A stretch of 64,000 bases of DNA from Klebsormidium nitens (GCA_000708835.1 DF236959.1:226938-290937); one strand, 5' to 3'. Shown: positions 48,435 to 61,168, numbered from the stretch's first letter. Numbers and translations are program-made. Notes: generated by a model from the sequence alone, not told the origin.

Positions 48435-51400
48435 CTACGGGAATGTTATCGAGACTCGAAGTTTCAACTTCTGCTCAACGAAGTTTTCTGCTAGCAACTC
48501 TTCACTGCTTCCTTGACTACCAGCTCTCAACCTGATGGCCGTGAAGTTCACCCAGTCTTCGCCCATCGCAATCTGCTGGCTAGTCGGGATGTTGCCTACA
48601 ACGGTGAATCCTTGCCCTTGATCTTGCTCAACTCGAAGTTTGACGAACAATGGGTTTGAATTGTCAGGCTCAACAGCATTTGTGGGATGGTTGTCCGGCT
48701 CGGCTTCGCTAAGCCAAAAGGACGTGCTCAGCTTTGTGACTAGCACAAACGTTGAAGCAGAACTTCGAGCAAGGTCGCACTCAAGCTTGTATCCAAAGAA
48801 TCTCCTTCTATCAACGGAAAAGATATCGTCCTGGGCGAGTCCGCATACTTTGGCTTTTTCAATGGCTAGCTCGAAGGTCTTGGTCAAGGGCGTCACTGCA
48901 CCTGGTCGCGGCGGAAGAACGTCCTGGAAGGAAAGCCTGCTTTTGGTTTGACGAACAATCTCATGCTGCTCGTTTTGCAACCCCCGGAGTACAAGCGCTC
49001 TCCTGATGACCAATGCAACCTCCGCGGATTGCGTTTCAGGCAGCTGCTGGATTAGACTTAGGAAACTGCTCGTCATGTGGTGGTACCGGATGAATCTGCT
49101 CAGGTCCGGAAAGGCCCTCCCCCTGCCCTCCCCTCCTTTCAACCATTTGTAGACGATAATGATGCCTACAAGAACCGTAATTTGTAGGCATCATCTAAAT
49201 CCAGCATCTTAGATTTGATCAGCTTTTCGCTGAAAGCAAGAAGCCCCTTCATTGACCCCTGCTCCCGAATGCTCTCCGGCAAGTCTAGAATCCGACACGC
49301 ATCTACCAGCTTTGCATCTTCCTGGAGCGCTTTTGCAATTGGCTCTACTGCCCTTGCCAACGGAGTACCGGTCAGCTAGGATGAGAAGCCGAATCAAGGC
49401 CTCTTTGTCTGAGCTCATGGCATCCGGGATTGACTTGGTGTAGCNNNNNNNNNNNNNNNNNNNNNNNNNNNNNNNNNNNNNNNNNNNNNNNNNNNNNNNN
49501 NNNNNNNNNNNNNNNNNNNNNNNNNNNNNNNNNNNNNNNNNNNNNNNNNNNNNNNNNNNNNNNNNNNNNNNNNNNNNNNNNNNNNNNNNNNNNNNNNNNN
49601 NNNNNNNNNNNNNNNNNNNNNNNNNNNNNNNNNNNNNNNNNNNNNNNNNNNNNNNNNNNNNNNNNNNNNNNNNNNNNNNNNNNNNNNNNNNNNNNNNNNN
49701 NNNNNNNNNNNNNNNNNNNNNNNNNNNNNNNNNNNNNNNNNNNNNNNNNNNNNNNNNNNNNNNNNNNNNNNNNNNNNNNNNNNNNNNNNNNNNNNNNNNN
49801 NNNNNNNNNNNNNNNNNNNNNNNNNNNNNNNNNNNNNNNNNNNNNNNNNNNNNNNNNNNNNNNNNNNNNNNNNNNNNNNNNNNNNNNNNNNNNNNNNNNN
49901 NNNNNNNNNNNNNNNNNNNNNNNNNNNNNNNNNNNNNNNNNNNNNNNNNNNNNNNNNNNNNNNNNNNNNNNNNNNNNNNNNNNNNNNNNNNNNNNNNNNN
50001 NNNNNNNNNNNNNNNNNNNNNNNNNNNNNNNNNNNNNNNNNNNNNNNNNNNNNNNNNNNNNNNNNNNNNNNNNNNNNNNNNNNNNNNNNNNNNNNNNNNN
50101 NNNNNNTCTGAAAACTTGGGGCACAAGATTTACCTTGTTACTTGATAGTTGCCAAGTATCGCCTTCAAATATTTAGGTTGGGTCGGACTTCTAGGGGTTG
50201 CTCCTTTCGTGCTCTAAAATGTGTAAATATCTACCGGGCACTCGCGATTCCAACCGGGTCCGGACCCAAATCTCAATTTTCTACCGGTTGGTCGTCGAAA
50301 GGTACTTGTAAGCAGCCCGTAGCAAAAAACCGACCTCGATTTGGCCATGTTTCGAGTGATTGGTGGTAGGAAACGTCCTACCGGGCCGAAAACGGGCAAA
50401 GTGCTGACATACTGTGGGCTCTACTTGACCTGTGCATGTGTACTTTTCGACCGTACGGGTGTACATTTTCAAAATCTCCGGGTCCACGGACCTACGGGAA
50501 GGTCTTGGGTTCGACCCCAACCAAGATCGCCAAAAACTTTTCTTTTTACCATGCCGCTAGGGAGCTAAAACTATGAGTGCCGGAATTGGCCCTACCTGAT
50601 CCTGCGAACGCCCAGAAGCGCAGAAGCTCGACGAGTGCGTCCTTCTCTTGAATAGAGTCCACTGTCACAGACGGATGCTCAGAACCTTGGAGCTCGCTTG
50701 TGAAGAGCTTCTCAAAGACCTGCATTATGCAGGACCGAGACCGGATTAGCTGATAGGCTTTGAGGATTCTCATCTTCTCTCATCTGAAATCATGGGGACA
50801 GTAAGGATGCTATCAATCCTCACCAGAGATGCGATGCTCTGCAAATGGCAAGCTCTGAGCGATTCTTGTCAATGTTGGCATACATGGTGCTCCAAACTCG
50901 AGCGCATATTTTCAGAACTTGTACCTTCCAGCATATGTACCAGGCAACTCTCAAAATCTGACGTGCTCCTACCTTCAATGTCAAACCACGCAACCAAACG
51001 ACATTCCTGAACCATACTGTTCCCTGTCTCAGACGGTGTGTCGTCATCTTTTCCGGCTTCTCCAAAAAAAGGTGACAGAGACAGACAAAGGTGGTGCCTT
51101 GTGTATTGAATGGATGGGGCAGATCCACTCTGGTTGACACACAGGTCCATGCTGACAATACATGCTTGAAGCCCTACACCAGTATAAGGGTGACACTGTT
51201 CTTTTCATGAGTTGGACATTGTCCTTGAATGTTCAAAGAGGCAACCCAGCAACTTTTGATTTCGTTCCAGTCCCCATCTCAAATTTGTCTTGTCGAGGTT
51301 TGCCTGTTATGACTGCTCACTGCCAACTCACCTCACTCTCTGTGGCCAACTCCAGAGCATTCAACGCAATCTCCAAGGCTCCAAAAACTGAGCTTCTGGT

Positions 51401-51534
51401 TGCTTCCTTTTCTCCCCAACCAATGCACCACTCGCGTCACTCTCCTCTTCCCCAGGCGGCGGATACCGGATGGTCAGCCGGTGAGGAGAGAAGATTCCTG
51501 GCACATTAAAGCAGGCTGCCCTTTCCAGGGCCAT
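48435..51534 (-). pseudogene. Decayed BTB/POZ-BACK (POB1-like) gene
   Basis: Fragments in order: MALERAACFNVPGIFSPHRLTIRY (51534), VFEKLFTSELQGSEHPSVTVDSIQEKDALVELLRF (about 50610-50720), YTKSIP...LLILADRYSV (about 49360-49442), RILDLPES, VYKWLK...FIRYHHMT. There are frameshifts, an in-frame stop and a non-canonical donor after LLRF. An N-gap lies inside an intron. Confidence 0.75.
49445..50106. other. Assembly gap (N run)
   Basis: 662 consecutive N. Confidence 1.
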
Positions 51535-52089
51535 ACCCACGACAGACTGCAAGGCTTGGAAAAACGCCCTGCTCAAAGCTGGCGGTTTCAAAATGGAGCG
51601 GTACAGTTCTTCAAGATATTATGGGCCAAAATGCTGAAGAAATGCAGCCAAGGTTCGTCGACATTCAATGTCAACAAGCTGCACAGCCGGCCGACACAGC
51701 CTCAGTCAGGAACCGAGCTGAAGCAAGCTAGCGAACTGGATACAGAATTTACGCGCACGGGCTGCATGGGTTACTGGTTACAGGCTGCTTATGTAGCTCA
51801 TGCCTGCGCTTATACGGTCCGTGCACCATTACGGGATGGGGTCAATTTCTGATTCCAGGGCGATATGGGGTCAAATTCTCCTTAGGAATGGCAACCGCGA
51901 GCTGCCGGTCCCGCCGTTCGGTTAATTTGCGCAAGCAAGACTGGACTGACCTTCGAAGCAACGGACGGCAAATCATTTAGCCGTCTCTCGACACGTGGAC
52001 AGCGTTTCTAGTGGTGATGCGCGCTTATGTGTCTGGCAAGTGGCAATACCTAGTACTGGTAAAAGTTTTCCCCCGGCCGGATATAGGTA

Positions 52090-52398
52090 CCGTAGTGGAA
52101 AGGTATGAATCCGAAAAAATAAATAATTATTTACCATTCGGATTGCTACATTACCTGTTTTTCGTTCAGAAAGTGATTTTCCGGATTCATTTAATAATTG
52201 CTCAAATGCCGTCGGATTCTCAAAATATTAGCCGGGCAGTCTAGAAGCAGCAGATATGGAGCAAAAATGTGCTCGGGGAGCAGTTCCGAGCACATTCGGA
52301 TTCAGGGTCGCATTCATTAAATAAATCGACAAAAGACGTCGTATTCAATCAAATAATTATCATTTTTGATTATTCGGATTCATACCTTTCCACTACGG
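52090..52398. mobile_element. MITE, 309 bp, 26-bp perfect TIRs, TA target-site duplication (Tc1/mariner-type signature)
   Basis: TA|CCGTAGTGGAAAGGTATGAATCCGAA (52088-52115) and TTCGGATTCATACCTTTCCACTACGG|TA (52373-52400). AT-rich interior with repeated (T/C)CGGATT motifs. Confidence 0.9.
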
Positions 52399-52868
52399 TA
52401 TACGTTCTACGAGATATGTATATGCGCTCCCCTTCTGGAAGAAAGGCCCATGTCACACAACCAGAGGGAGCGCCCACGAGCGCCTTGTCAGGGAGGACTT
52501 TTCTGCAGCCGCATTATTGTCCAGCCTTCAACGATTTGTTGAATTCTAGTCTCACATAGCCTTTCGAAGTAGCTTGTCAAAGCAGCGTGCTGCCTGGTGA
52601 GGGGCTTTCTTCTCTCTGCAAGGACATTTATTCAGCACATTGAACCGTCCAAGAGCCCCTCTTTTTGGTAGTCTTTTCATCGACTTTCTTGTAATAGCAA
52701 TCAGAGATGGTGCTTTCTTCTGGGTGTTCAAATCTGCATCACATTCAAAGAAAGTGTGGTGCGGCGGGCGGCGTTCCGTCGCAGTACGGTGCTTACAGTA
52801 TGTCCCGACATTCTTTGGTGGATGTCAATAACGAGAGCTCTTCTGTGAGATAGCACCGTTTCATCAAA

Positions 52869-55800
52869 ATGGCGCCCACAGGTTTCAGAACGCACGCTGA
52901 AAGCCCGCTTCTTGACCAGCTGCCCACCTCTAGTTCCTCGCCCAGATTCCGAAACAGCACCTCCCGCCCCAAGGCCTTCTCTAAGGCTCTCCCGCTGCCA
53001 ATGCTGGTGAGAGAGAGGCCGCTGCGGGTAGCTTTTCTTGTCCTTTTAGCGCTCGTTCTCAGTTTCTTGGCGGTGGTGTCATGGGCGCATTTAAACCCCG
53101 ACACGCGGCTCGGGAGAGAGATGCACTTCTTTGCGCCTGCAGAGGAGTGGCGGAAAGCGAGGGTGGCATTTGAAAAGGGGCAGTTTCGGCCGTTGCTAGG
53201 TGGGGACTCTCAGAGCGTATTGACAGCAGGGGGGAAGGAAGAGTTTGGAACGCAAGATGAGGGGCATCGAAATGAAGTTGTGGAGCTTGACAAACCCGAG
53301 TCGAGCAATGTTCATGAGAACAAAGTGCTAGGTGTTGCGCAAGAAGGCAATGTAAGAGAAAGTGAAGCAGACACTGAAAATACGGGCGCGTCAGTGGACA
53401 TTGAAGAAGGCAAGACTACCTCTCAGGCCGACGTTCAAAATGAACTGGGGGTTGCGAACAGCAGTAGCACTGCCCCCCCGGAGCCCCACCCAGTAGTTGC
53501 GTTTGTAATTAAAGCCTTGTCTCAGTTCGGCTTTGAGAAGGAGCCCACTTTAGAAGCGGCCCTCCTGTTGACCACGCCTCCTAAGTTCCCTGGCTCGTAT
53601 TCTGAAAGTGGAGCGGGGAAAGATGATGACACCAGAAGGAAGGAAAGCGTCTCGGTACGCCAATCCTTGGAGCACAGCACTGACTTAGAAACAAGTCATG
53701 AAGTCCATTCGGAACCAGACTCTTCAGCAAACAAGGGTCAGAGCGAAGTCCCAATTACAACTCACGAACTGGGGGTGCCCAAGAACATGCGGAAGGGCAC
53801 CCCCTTGGAACAGCTGAGGCGGGTTATGCCGGAGCGCCGGCCAAACCCAATCCCTAACCCCGAGTTTTGGGCTAAGACTTACTATGGTAGCGGGAGTAGC
53901 ATGAGTTGTGACCTGGGGGATGGGGCGTGGGTCGAGGACGCAGAATTGGAGCCCCTGGAAACAGCGAATTGCAGGTATGATTTGGAATTGAATTCGTTGT
54001 CACATGATCGCATCGACGTCAAATGGTTTCGATGGCCCTATCTGTATCTTTCTGGGTCATTGTATCTCAATTTTGGTCATGTACATCTCACTATCATTGT
54101 GAGGTGCGTGGGGGCCAGAGTCTTGCAACGGAGCGAACGGAAGCGATTCGAGTGGCGAACTGGCACAGCAATCTTTTTGACTGTGTTCACGGCAAAAAAC
54201 CGTTGACTCCCGTGCTCTTAAGATTGTGAATGTTAGCCCTCCAGTCATATTAGATTAGCACACCAGTCTCATCATTGCTCTCATCTTTTGACCATAGCCA
54301 TCATTGAGTTGCACAAATATAATCAGGAGCTGTATGTCCTCATAATTGCTCCGAGTCAACCACAGTGACCGTAGGTCAAGGACCCGCCAGAGTTGCAATT
54401 GGCCTTAAGCGCTTGAGGAGCCACATTATTGGGTACAGGTTGGCATAAGGAGCCCCTTAAGCCAACCCTTACCAACTTCAAGAACGAGCGACCGGCGTCC
54501 CTGTTGAAAAGCGAGCAAATCCCACTGCTTGATCAGTAGCTCTCCATTTCGCCGAGCAGGAAGTAATGAGAAAGAGACAGTCCAATCGATCCTGATTGCC
54601 TCGCTTCCAGATCGCCTTTGATGAAACAACAGCTTTTAACCGACAACTCTGCTATGGACTCACCTTCTTTGGTCAGCAACCTCTGCTTCCATCGCATCCC
54701 AGAACTAACGTTCTGAGCCGCTGCTGACGTCACACCCTTTGGCTCCCCTCAGGTACACCGAGGGGGAGCAGTGCGCGTGGCGCAGGGAGTCGGTTCCTAA
54801 CTACCGGTCGTTCCGGTGGCTCCCATACGATTGCGACCTGCCCTTCTTTGACGCAGAGTGAGTGCTTTGTGGCTTTGGTTCGCACGGGGCGTCTGATAAA
54901 ATGCCATGTTCGTGGCGACTGTGAAGCCTTCAATGCACCTCTTTTGGTCGCCTGCTAAGTCCTTGATCGACACTCAGGCAGCGAGATCGAAAGCCGGCAA
55001 CAAAGGTCTGGGAGGTCTGTCAAGCAACTATGGTGTGACGCTAGCGAACGCCGTTCTTAAAATGCGTTTGAGGATTCCATGTCGAGTCCTCTCAGGTCTT
55101 CTGATTTTTTGTATTGGAAGCTCCCTTGTAACTGCGAGTTACCGTCTTTCGTTTTGACACTGCCAGACAGGGATCGAGTTGCACTTGTCTGACCTTGGCT
55201 TTGACCAGGTCAGAAGCAGTCCTTCTTTCCAAGTGCCAGTCTGACGGCTCAGGTCGAATACTGTTAAGGACGATTTGACTCGCCGAAGGCCCAGGCCCCT
55301 TATTTATCCTTTGACATCCTCCGACGAGATTGCTTTTGAAGGTTGGAACAGTTTCGAGTCTGGATGTACATGCTGTCAAAGCCTTCGTCGACCGCTTTCT
55401 CACTGTGGTATAGCCCACCCGTTCACTGAGGCTTTAGTTCCCGGCAACTTCTTATACCAGACTAAAGAGTCTGGAGCGGTCTTATCCGGAGCATTCTTCA
55501 CCGCACTACAATGCTCCAAGTCGATCATCCGCAAGCCAGCTAAGTTTTGTTCTTTTCCTCTCCCCAGGTCGTTCCTCGAGCAGTGGCGCGACAAGACGGT
55601 GTTGGTAGTTGGGGACTCCCTCGGGCGAAATTTCTTCGAGGCGCTGCTCTGCCAGCTGTCAGCCGTTGGGCCGCTCGTTCCGTTGTCGGAAGCAAGCGAC
55701 CGGGAAATAAGCGACCGGGAACAAAATGATCGGGACATGCGGGGCCAGGAAATGAGTGACGGGGTAGTGGACGAAAGGGAAGAGACTGACCGGGAGACGG

Positions 55801-58218
55801 GAGAAGGGGAAGCGAACAACCGGGAGAGGACGGATCGGGGGGCCACGGAGCTGTTCTGGAGCGAGCGGTTCAACGTCACGGTGGGCCGGGTGACGTCAGA
55901 GTTCCTGGTGATGCGGGACACGAGCGCCGAGGAGCTCGAGAGGTTCGGCCAGGTGAGCGGTTACAAGACTTTATTATCAGAAACGTTTATGTTGGTCGGA
56001 TTCATATCCTCGCAGAAACATCAAAAGACTCTCCGGGGAGCTATTCCTTGTTCTCCAACCACCCCCAATCCCTGGAAAGGCGGATTTCCCGTCGTTCGTC
56101 GCAACAACCCTCGTAGTGTGCTTGTAGTGTGATTCTGCTTTTCTGCTTTCTGCTAAATCGACGTCAACTCGCACAGTCGCCCCCCTTGGGCTGTAAGCAG
56201 ACATTTAGCCAAATTGTTTCATCTACTGGGGGTCTATCAACAATACGCCCAACCCCCTGTGCAGAAAGCGGGCAAGGACCGGTTCCTCTTGTCGCTCGAC
56301 CGGTTGGATCCCGCGTGGGAAGCCCTCCTGCCGCGAATCGACCTACTGATTCTCAACTCGGGGCACTGGTGGGTTTCGAAATCGAAGCGAAAAGCGTATC
56401 TGCTGGGGGGCGAGCTTCGACGAGAGCTAGATAGCTCGGAGGCGTACAAGATGTGAGTGCCCCGCTTTCAGAGCTCGTGTGTTTTGAGGCCATTGTTTTG
56501 AAAAGCATCGATCGACATTCGAGGTCTTTTCCGTGTTGTGCAAGAGATTTTGATCAATAGGTAGCCGATGTGTTTGATCGACATTCGTGGGGGCTTAGGG
56601 TTTGGGTCACGGTGATCGGATAAAGACAAGGCGAGGAACTGTCCGAGAAAGAGAGGACTCTGGAAGGAACGGACAGGGAGTGGGCGTTCGTAAGCACTCA
56701 GACCGGCTCGTCCGCAAAGCCATCTGCGCCGCGGCTCCTTTTTGAACCGTTCGAGCCTGAAGCTGATGTTGTCGAAAGTTTTTCAGCCATCTATCTTTGA
56801 GCTCGTTCGATTGGGCCTCTGAGCAGAGGACGCGTCTTTCCAGGCACCAAAACGACGCGCGCTGATTGCATTGGGATACACAACGACGGACGCGAGAAGA
56901 AGCAGCCTCGACTATTCCGTTCTGAATCTCCTATTGCACACGCACTTGGAGAAGAAACAACCGAAACCGTCGAAAAACTATCCGCTTCATCTTTACAAGA
57001 CGCCCCGTTTCCTCCAATGTAAAGATGCAGACTTGTACGAATCGCTCTTACGCAGCGCCATGCGGCACGTGCGGGACGCCGTCGAGGGTTCGGGCTTCAA
57101 GGGCGTCGCCATGTTCCGGACGTTTTCGGACGCGCACTACCACAAGGGCGACTGGGACACTCCGGGGGCGAACTGCAAGAACGGACGGCCCGAGGAGACA
57201 ATCAAGCTGTCTAGCAAGCTCTTGAGGTTCAATCTCAAAATCTCTGCTCCTATCTGTGTTTTAGGTGCGATGCTGGTAATTGTCTGTCTTCCATTCTAAG
57301 CAGAGAAAGGTGAAAGCTGTGTTTGAGCAACTTTGTTCCGTCTGAGAACGTTCGATGCCGAAGGAAGGTTGTTCACTGGCCGAAAGGGTTTCTAAGAGTT
57401 GCTCTATTTGCTTGATTGTCTTTTCCCACTTCTTATCTTCGTTTTCTACATTGCCTCGATCTTCTTCCTCTTTTCACTTGTGGTTGGGTACTTCTCTGCC
57501 TTTCATCCTTGTTTAAGGCTCGAGCCCACTCATAACATTTCGAAGTATTGCACGCAGATTCTGGCCGCGGTTCAGCCAAAAACGTTGTCACTTCGCGTTT
57601 GTCAGGCGCTTTCTGCTTGTCTCGTCTTCTCGTTTCTGTTCCGTAAGCAATCCGCACCGTCGTTGCCTTGCTTTCGATCTCCTCCGCTCGTATATGCGCT
57701 GTGTTGGGCTCAATCCGGCCTCCTCGCAAAATCGCGCAGCGATCGTAGAGGGACTTCTCTGCGAGGCAACGGAACGGCGCCATCGATTCGTTCTGTTTGA
57801 TCGGACCTGTTGAGTGCGGCGCCAAGAGCCAAAGCGCAAAACTTCAACGGACTTGCCCAAGGAACTGCCCGACAAAAGCACCAACGTTGACATAACGCAT
57901 TGATACTTTCGGCGCTTCTTCTGGGATAAGCTCTGTTCAGAACAGGATTTTGTGCACAGATTGGACTTTTCGGAGATGAGAGAAAGGGGTTCGATTCGGC
58001 GCTTTTTTGCCTCTCGCAGGTTTCTAAGCGTTCAGGAAGAGATCTTCAGCGGATCAGAGTTCCGCCTGATGGAGATAACGCGCCTGACCGAGTATCGGCA
58101 CGACGGCCACGTCGGGCCGCGCAAGGACTTGGGCGGCAAGTGGGACTGCACGCACTGGTGCGCGGGGGGAGTGCCCAACACGTGGCTTGACGTCATGCAG
58201 GCAATGCTGGACGCGTGA
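52869..58218 (+). CDS. TBL: Trichome-birefringence-like (TBL / PC-esterase) polysaccharide O-acetyltransferase, type II membrane protein, about 717 aa
   Basis: Exons 52869-53974, 54753-54857, 55568-55952, 56265-56452, 57056-57226 and 58020-58218 in phase. N-terminal TM (VAFLVLLALVLSFLAVVSW), acidic stem, PMR5N-like SCDLGDGAWVED...C...FRWLPYDCDLP, GDS motif (VVGDSLGRN), NSGHWW, RHDGH and DCTHWC (DxxH). Confidence 0.93.
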
Positions 58219-59967
58219 CGACACGTGGCGCGTATTTATAGGGGGATTTCACGGGTAGCGGTCACGTGATGCCACCTACCATGTCTCATACTGACTTCTG
58301 CTACCGCAAGGAGCAAATAAAACAAAACGCTGGAAGTCGGAGGTACGTGTGGTCTCTAAGTGAGTTTTGAGAGGTGCCGCAACTATGATGGAGCGGGAAG
58401 GGATGCTGAGACACGTGGGGCGGGTTTCGTGTAGGCACGTCACATGTTTTGGATCGAATAACGAACGGCTGGGTTGGATTGCTTCTATTCGAAAAACGAA
58501 TCTGTAAAGAACTGAAAGTAGTCGGGAATGGAGTGAAAGCGAACATGTCTTGGTCAAAAGGAGGTTGATGTGGTTTACAATTTGCACGTAGGGCGACTGC
58601 AGATTGCCGCCCAGATGAGCACCTGTATACATCGGACTAAGTCAGCAGCAGTCGTTAACGGACTGTCGTGTTAGGTATTTTGTCTCAGTCGAGCCGCTGC
58701 AGCTAGCGTCAAGCAAACCAGGTTCCGGGTTCTACCCATTTTGACGTACTATTAGTCATATAGAGCCATGTAAATTAAGGTTGCAGAGTGACGTTGCCAG
58801 CTTTGTTAGGGTTTCCGGAAGCCCGCCGCGCATCGACAACACTTTCATGTACGCAATGATCTGGCAACAAACCTTGACTCTGATCGAAGCGCTTTGTTGT
58901 CCAACTTGGTAGGTGATAGCACTGTTTCCTCGCTGCCTATCAAGCACGTAGTGAATATGATCAGTTCGTGCTCAGCAATTTTGCAATTTCTATCAGGGCC
59001 ATATGCGGGTTGTGCACAAACCTTGCCTCTAGTGTACTTGCACACTATCCCATGTCTTAATTTGGCACGCAAGGGCTTTCAGAGAAGCATCCGTCTTGTG
59101 TACGATCCGTACCGAACCAACGTACGGGGCCCCATATCTGCTCCAATCAATGTCGTAATAGTTCAACCTTTTTGAACGTGCACCGTCAGCTGATAACTCG
59201 AGTTGCTAGCCCCTGGTGGACAAGCTCTTTTTTGGGCTGACGTACTTTGGAACTTTCTAGGTCTGATCACCTCATGATTGCAGGCCAACCTAAAGCATGA
59301 TCTCGCCGCGCACCTTCGCTGGCAGTTCTGCAGGCTAATTTGCGCGGACATTGAATCCGTCCGCGAAGTTGGTCAAGAAGCTGGACATCTTCGAGACATA
59401 CTTGTTCAGACATCATCTGGACAAGTCGGACAGGTCTGTATTCTGTACGCAGACAGAGTGAATGCGCGTTCGGACAGGGTTTGGAACAGGTGCTAAACAG
59501 AAGGATCTCTACGGTGTGCGATACCATTCTTTCGTGCATTCAAAAGATGTTACTTTGCGGCTTAGAACCCCATACAGAAAGTCAGCGCGCGCATGCATGC
59601 AGGGGTCCCGCTGGAAACAGACCCTCCCGCGCCGCTGGATTTGTTGGCTCTCCGCTCTTGTTCCAACTTCCCAGAAACTTCTCAAGCCGAGACCGACGGA
59701 ACTTCTGAGATGTTTGAACGACGAATCTGATTAGGAAAGAAAGACGATTGAAAGCGCACTAGCCAATCTCGAGGTGTGTGTGTCTTTTCAGCGCTCTCGT
59801 CTTGCTGCTTTTTCCCCTGATTTAAGTTTCGACGCCAGTTGCCACGTTGAGTGCGCCATCGAAGTTGCGCCAAACGCTCTTTCTACAATCCATCTGAGCC
59901 TTTTTAACGCAAGCAAGCTCTTTGCAGGAATCCAAGATTCGCAGACCCATTTACCCGAGGAAACAAA

Positions 59968-61168
59968 ATGGCGAAGGAACGGGAAGCACCGCGGGCGACT
60001 CGCGACCAGTGAGCTTCAGTTCTTCCTCGATGCTGGCTTGCAGTTTGCTCGAAGCGCGTCAACAATTGCCCCTGGAATCGCATCTTTCGCTAGGCACTCT
60101 AGCAGTCTTGGATGGCAAGGCAGATCCCTGGATGAGAAGGCTATTATGATGCGATGAGACGGACAAGGACGCTTTCCTGGCTTCTTTCCTGCTGATAGAG
60201 TGACTACTCTGCAAGAAATTCCTTGCTTGAGCAAAAGAAACAAATCTGTGCTGGACAGGTGTCCTATTGGAAGATACCTGGTGTGTCAGGAGAGGGAGCT
60301 TCCGCGTCCTATGCAGAAATCTTCAGATCTCGATAATCAGGTGCGACCAGGTGTGTTAGGGCGATTGGGTGTCTCATAGCAAACTCCTGGCTTTAGTGAT
60401 TGTCGCACTAGAAACTCAAAAATCTGTTTTGAAAGAAACCTCGAAGGTCTCGCTCCGCAGGTGCCATGTCGAAACTGATGTGCTGCTCCCTTTCACGGCC
60501 CCCTGCGAGTACGAGAAGAAGGAGCCGCTCATTCTCACGGAGCCTGAGGTGCGCCTCTCTCCTTTCGTCCCCGGAGACAAAGTGTCCCATTTTTGTCATG
60601 CAGGCTACGGGATCTCGGACTTTGGACACCAATTGCTAGACAACAAACCCCTTGATTAAGCTCTGCTGTCCCTACTCTTGAAGTATTTGAAACAATATAG
60701 TGGCCTTTAGCCTTCCGCTGTCAGGGACGTACTAGACGTTTTAAAACGTTCTGTACCCAAATGACGTACCATACAACGTGGCAAATTCCGCGGCTTTGAC
60801 GGTTCAACGTATACGTATGACACAGTCGAAGCCTGACTTCGGCTTTGTAGGAGGCCTCGAAACGCGCAACTCAAGGAGCTCCCCTTTCATACAAGCCTTT
60901 TCCAACCGGGCGCCAAAAACCCCTGTTAAAAAACGCGCTCTTACGAAAGTAATCTTTACCTTCTGACTTGCGCGCAGGCGGCCGCGAGCCGCGGCTGATC
61001 GCGGCCGCGACCAAGCAGCTGGAGAAGCTGCCTTTCTACATGTCCTTCTGGAACCGGACGTCCGAGCCCACGGTCGAGCTGGTGCGCGACCTCGTCCGGA
61101 TGTTCACCGCCGCCCCAATCGGACGGGTCTTGTTCGCAAACAGCGGCTCTGAGTGCAACGACACGCAG
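59968..61168 (+). pseudogene. GABA transaminase (POP2-like, class III aminotransferase) 5' part; apparently damaged
   Basis: Exon 60461-60548 (VLLPFT...EPLILTEPE) and exon 60978-61168 (GGREPRLIAAATKQLEKLPFYMSFWNRTSEP...ANSGSECNDTQ) match plant GABA-T. The connecting exon (GSYVYD..GKKYLD..AGLW) survives only as remnants with stops at about 60604-60725. The donor after NDTQ reads ATGGGC, not GT. The start at 59968 is tentative. Confidence 0.6.

Noticed and set aside
49209-50176. Long ORFs of 248-305 aa
   Set aside because: Artefacts of translating through the N gap.
50480-50540. tRNA gene (AAGGTC..GGGTTCGACCCC..CCA)
   Set aside because: Only a T-arm/B-box-like piece is present. I could not fold acceptor, D or anticodon arms and saw no A-box.
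59340-59435. Coding-looking stretch LNPSAKLVKKLDIFETYLFRHHLDKSDR
   Set aside because: An in-frame stop lies immediately upstream and there is no consistent exon chain; it cannot be assigned.
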